Below are positions 61,424 to 64,000 of a stretch of 64,000 nt of DNA, piece after piece; the first letter of the stretch is position 1, and each line of letters begins with the position of its first letter. The stretch is taken from contig CAVOSJ010000003.1 in NCBI GenBank assembly GCA_963698885.1, positions 361,250-425,249 of the forward strand, read 5' to 3'. The stretch comes from Nitrospirota bacterium (GTDB lineage Bacteria > Nitrospirota > JACRHJ01). Below the pieces are notes generated by a model. The model did no database searches. It was not told the DNA's origin and worked only from the letters and a program-made list of their open reading frames with translations. Made by a program: the position numbers and the translations under genes.

Positions 61424-62447
61424 ATTTCGAAAGCATCTCTTCCGCCGTCTTCAGGACCTTTGCCGCGCTCACACGCTCAAGGCAATTGTAGTGCTTATGC
61501 GGGCAGGTCCTCTTAAAGCACGGGCTGCACGTTACCGGCTCCCGGACGACCGCCGATTTTTTATTCAATGGCCCGGTCGCCACAGGGTCCGTCGAACCGA
61601 ATATCGCAAGCGTCGGGACGTCCAGCGCCGACGCGATATGCATCGGTCCGGTATCGTTCGTGATGAACAGCGAGCAGGTTTTTATCAGCGCCATCAGGCC
61701 CCGGAGGTCCGTCCTTCCGGCAAGGTTCACCGCCCCCCCGCGTATCGAAGCCTGGACCGCATTCGCGGTATCCAGTTCCGCTGGCCCGCCGAAGATAATT
61801 ATTTTAGCGCCCGTCTGCTTTGCCAATTTATCGGCGACCTGTCCGAACCGCTCCGGGTGCCATTTTTTGGCGACACCGTACTGCGCACCGGGGTTTATGC
61901 CGACAACGGTGTCTTCTTTTTTTATATCGAGTGAGTTTAAAAGCTCCCGTGCCGAATTTATCTCATCCTTCGACAGGTAAAGTTTCGGGTAGTGACCGGC
62001 TGTTTTCAGTCCCAGTTTTTCGAGCAGGTCGAGATAATAAAAAACCTGATGTTTTTTCTTCGTCTCGCCCGATACCTTTACGCCCTTCGTAAGGAGGATT
62101 CCCCTGCCGTCCGTCTGGTAACCCATCCGCTCAGGTATATTGGCCAGAAACGTGATAAGCGCCGCCTCGAACGCATTTTGAAGGAGGATGGCGGTCTTGA
62201 ATTTTTGCTTTCTGATCTCCATGACGGCGCTGGCCAAGCCGCGCGGGCCGGAGTGCTTCCCCTTACGGTCGAGCAACAGGACATGGTCAACCGCCGGGTT
62301 TCCCAAAAGCAGTAAATCCAGCGGAGGGCGCACCAGAGCCGTAATCTCGGCCTCCGGATAGCTTTTCCGTATACCCGCGAGGGCCGGGGTAGCCATGACT
62401 AAGTCGCCCACCCAGTTCGTCGCTCGGACGAGGACCTTCTCACGCAT
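61416..62447 (-). CDS. waaF: ADP-heptose:LPS heptosyltransferase II
   Basis: LLQNAFEAALITFLANIPERMGYQTDGRG matches the WaaF [25 protein letters not shown] region; 343 aa. Confidence 0.75.
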   Translation of the reverse strand: MREKVLVRATNWVGDLVMATPALAGIRKSYPEAEITALVRPPLDLLLLGNPAVDHVLLLDRKGKHSGPRGLASAVMEIRKQKFKTAILLQNAFEAALITFLANIPERMGYQTDGRGILLTKGVKVSGETKKKHQVFYYLDLLEKLGLKTAGHYPKLYLSKDEINSARELLNSLDIKKEDTVVGINPGAQYGVAKKWHPERFGQVADKLAKQTGAKIIIFGGPAELDTANAVQASIRGGAVNLAGRTDLRGLMALIKTCSLFITNDTGPMHIASALDVPTLAIFGSTDPVATGPLNKKSAVVREPVTCSPCFKRTCPHKHYNCLERVSAAKVLKTAEEMLSKYV

Positions 62448-63394
62448 TGTCGGGATACTCCGCTGGCGCCTCCAAAGGCCTCGTCTTCCACCGCCTGTGC
62501 ACCCAGAACCACTGGTCCGGATATTGCCTTATGAAATTTTCGATGGCCTTCGTGTATGCCTGCGTATTGGCGATTATGTCCGCCTCTTTGTCGCCGGTAT
62601 CCAGAAGAGGCAACTCATCTCCGATATGTATCTCGTGCAAGCCCGCTGTCAACCCGCCTTATAAAAGCCGTAATTACCGGGGCCTTGGTCCGCGCGGCTA
62701 TTAACGCCAGGCCTTTGTTCGTGCAGGCCGGCCTGCCGAAAAAGTCCACGAAAACGCCTTCCTTGCGGGCCACGTTCTGGTCGAGGAGTATCCCCACAGT
62801 CCCGCCCTCGGAAACCGTTTTCAGTATCTCCCGTAGACCCCATTTTTTACCGATCATGAAGTTCCCGTAGCGGGTGCGGATTTTTGTGACCAGTTCTTCC
62901 ATATACGGGTTGTCCATCGGACGTGCGACCACGCCGAATGGCGGCTTCCTTACCGACTGCGCAAGGGCCAGAAGCTCCCAGCTTCCGCAGTGGCCGGTCA
63001 GAAGCAGCAAGCCCTTGCCTTTCGACAGCGCCCGGTCGTAGGCTTCGATGTTGATTATCCTGAAATTTTTCTCGATGCCGTCTTTGAAAAATCTCTCCGA
63101 CCTTATGAACTCGATTGCGGATTTGCCGAAATTTTGAAAAACCGACCTTGCAATTTCGTAAATCTCTTCTTCGCTCTTATCCTTAAAGCTGTTTCTTAAA
63201 TTATCCAGCGTAACAGTTTGATGTCGTTTATCAATTTTGAATACGGCCGAACCGAGAAGACCGCCCATCCGGTATGCCAGCGAGTACGGAAGAAGGTTTA
63301 TAACCCCGCCCACGGCCACGGTTAACCAGTACTCGAAAAGCCACGCTAACTTCTTGTTTCCTTTGTTTTTTTTCTTACTCATCCTGACCTTCAA
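62440..63394 (-). CDS. Lipid A biosynthesis late acyltransferase (LpxL/HtrB/MsbB family), interrupted by a +1 frameshift near 62642-62644
   Basis: HCGSWELL acyltransferase motif. The main ORF ends ...RRVDSGLARDTYRR*. The continuation LHEIHIGDELPLLDTGDKEADIIANTQAYTKAIENFIRQYPDQWFWVHRRWK is in the +1 frame (ORF 62440-62652). An extra G in a G-run. Confidence 0.7.
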
Positions 63395-64000
63395 AGACCC
63401 GGTTCAACAAAATATCCAGTAATTCCGAGCCGTTATAAATTTCCAGGCCGGCCTTTAATGCGTAAATTTGTGTCCCCGCCTGGGCGAGCCCTTCGAGCTT
63501 CACGGCGTCTTTCTCAGTAGTTACAAGCACTTCCGCGCCGGATTCAGCCGCTTTCCCCTGTAGAAAAGCCACGTCTTCCAAAGAGTAGGAATGGTGGTCC
63601 GGGAACTCCTCCGACCCGGTGATTTTAGCATTAAGTTTATGTAAAATCAATGAAAAAGACCCCGGATTGGCGATCCCGCAGAAGGCGAACATCCTCTTCG
63701 CGGCAAAGAGTTCGGCGGGTATTTCCTCGCGTGATTTTATATTGTAAAAGCTTACTGGGAAATATCCTCGCATTAGCCATTGAAGTGCCTGGTAAGGCGA
63801 AGGATTTAACCTCTTTTTCCGCATCGGGGCGTATAGTTCGTGGCCCCTGTAAAAATGATGAAATTTGCCCTGTTAACCCCCCTTTTTGGCTCGCGGAGGT
63901 ACCCCGTCGGGATGGTATGGCCGTTCCCGAACGGGTGCGCCGCATCCATCAGGAGTATGTTCAGGTCCCGGTGCAGCCGGACGTGCTGGAAGCCGTCGTC
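63375..64000 (-). CDS. lpxK: Tetraacyldisaccharide 4'-kinase (C-terminal part; N-terminus lies beyond the window), with at least two frameshifts (near 63727-63730 and 63826-63829)
   Basis: Three frames carry [38 protein letters not shown]...[14 protein letters not shown], then [27 protein letters not shown], then [27 protein letters not shown]...[10 protein letters not shown]. Extra bases in a C4 and an A4 run. Confidence 0.75.

Overview
GC-rich bacterial chromosomal segment (about 58% GC by eye; Gram-negative type, with LPS genes, Lol lipoprotein-export genes, futalosine menaquinone genes and a multiheme cytochrome). It is densely packed with housekeeping operons. Minus strand, 10.6 kb to 1.8 kb: fur-family regulator, two Hfq-like genes, lnt, prfB (with its canonical programmed +1 frameshift), an Ogg2-type 8-oxoG glycosylase, lysS, lolE, a hypothetical periplasmic protein, lolD. 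Plus strand, 10.8 to 33.2 kb: ROK kinase, lepA, lepB, then a mosaic pyrimidine cluster (PyrR attenuator, pyrR, pyrB, pyrC, a secreted metallophosphoesterase, carA, a radical-SAM protein, carB, greA, pyrK, pyrD, a phosphoesterase-like/tetraheme cytochrome c fusion), a DUF62 SAM hydrolase, a CheY-like regulator, miaB, mtaB, a PP-loop ATPase and a lipoprotein. Minus strand, 33.5 to 50.1 kb: futalosine-pathway genes (two MqnC/MqnE paralogs plus an amidohydrolase), DUF4388 and TPR/zinc-ribbon membrane proteins, plsY, pgsA, kdsC, kdsD, kdsA, pyrG, kdsB, an epimerase, a heptose kinase and two GT4 genes. Plus strand, 50.3 to 55.7 kb: a low-GC glycan-modification island (alkaline-phosphatase-superfamily enzyme, a shattered GT32/Caps_synth pseudogene, a DXD glycosyltransferase, a PAPS-type sulfotransferase, a 508-aa glycosyltransferase). 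Minus strand to the window end: two GT4 genes, three GT9 heptosyltransferases (including waaC and waaF), a GT2, a Trm112-like protein, gmhB, an LpxL-family acyltransferase and partial lpxK. No rRNA, tRNA, CRISPR array, transposase or integrase was recognised. The most striking global feature is that at least 19 otherwise intact conserved genes are each interrupted by single-nucleotide indels (about 20 sites; nearly half in short homopolymers). The ORF track therefore splits them into fragments. Coordinates given for those genes span the reconstructed full gene.
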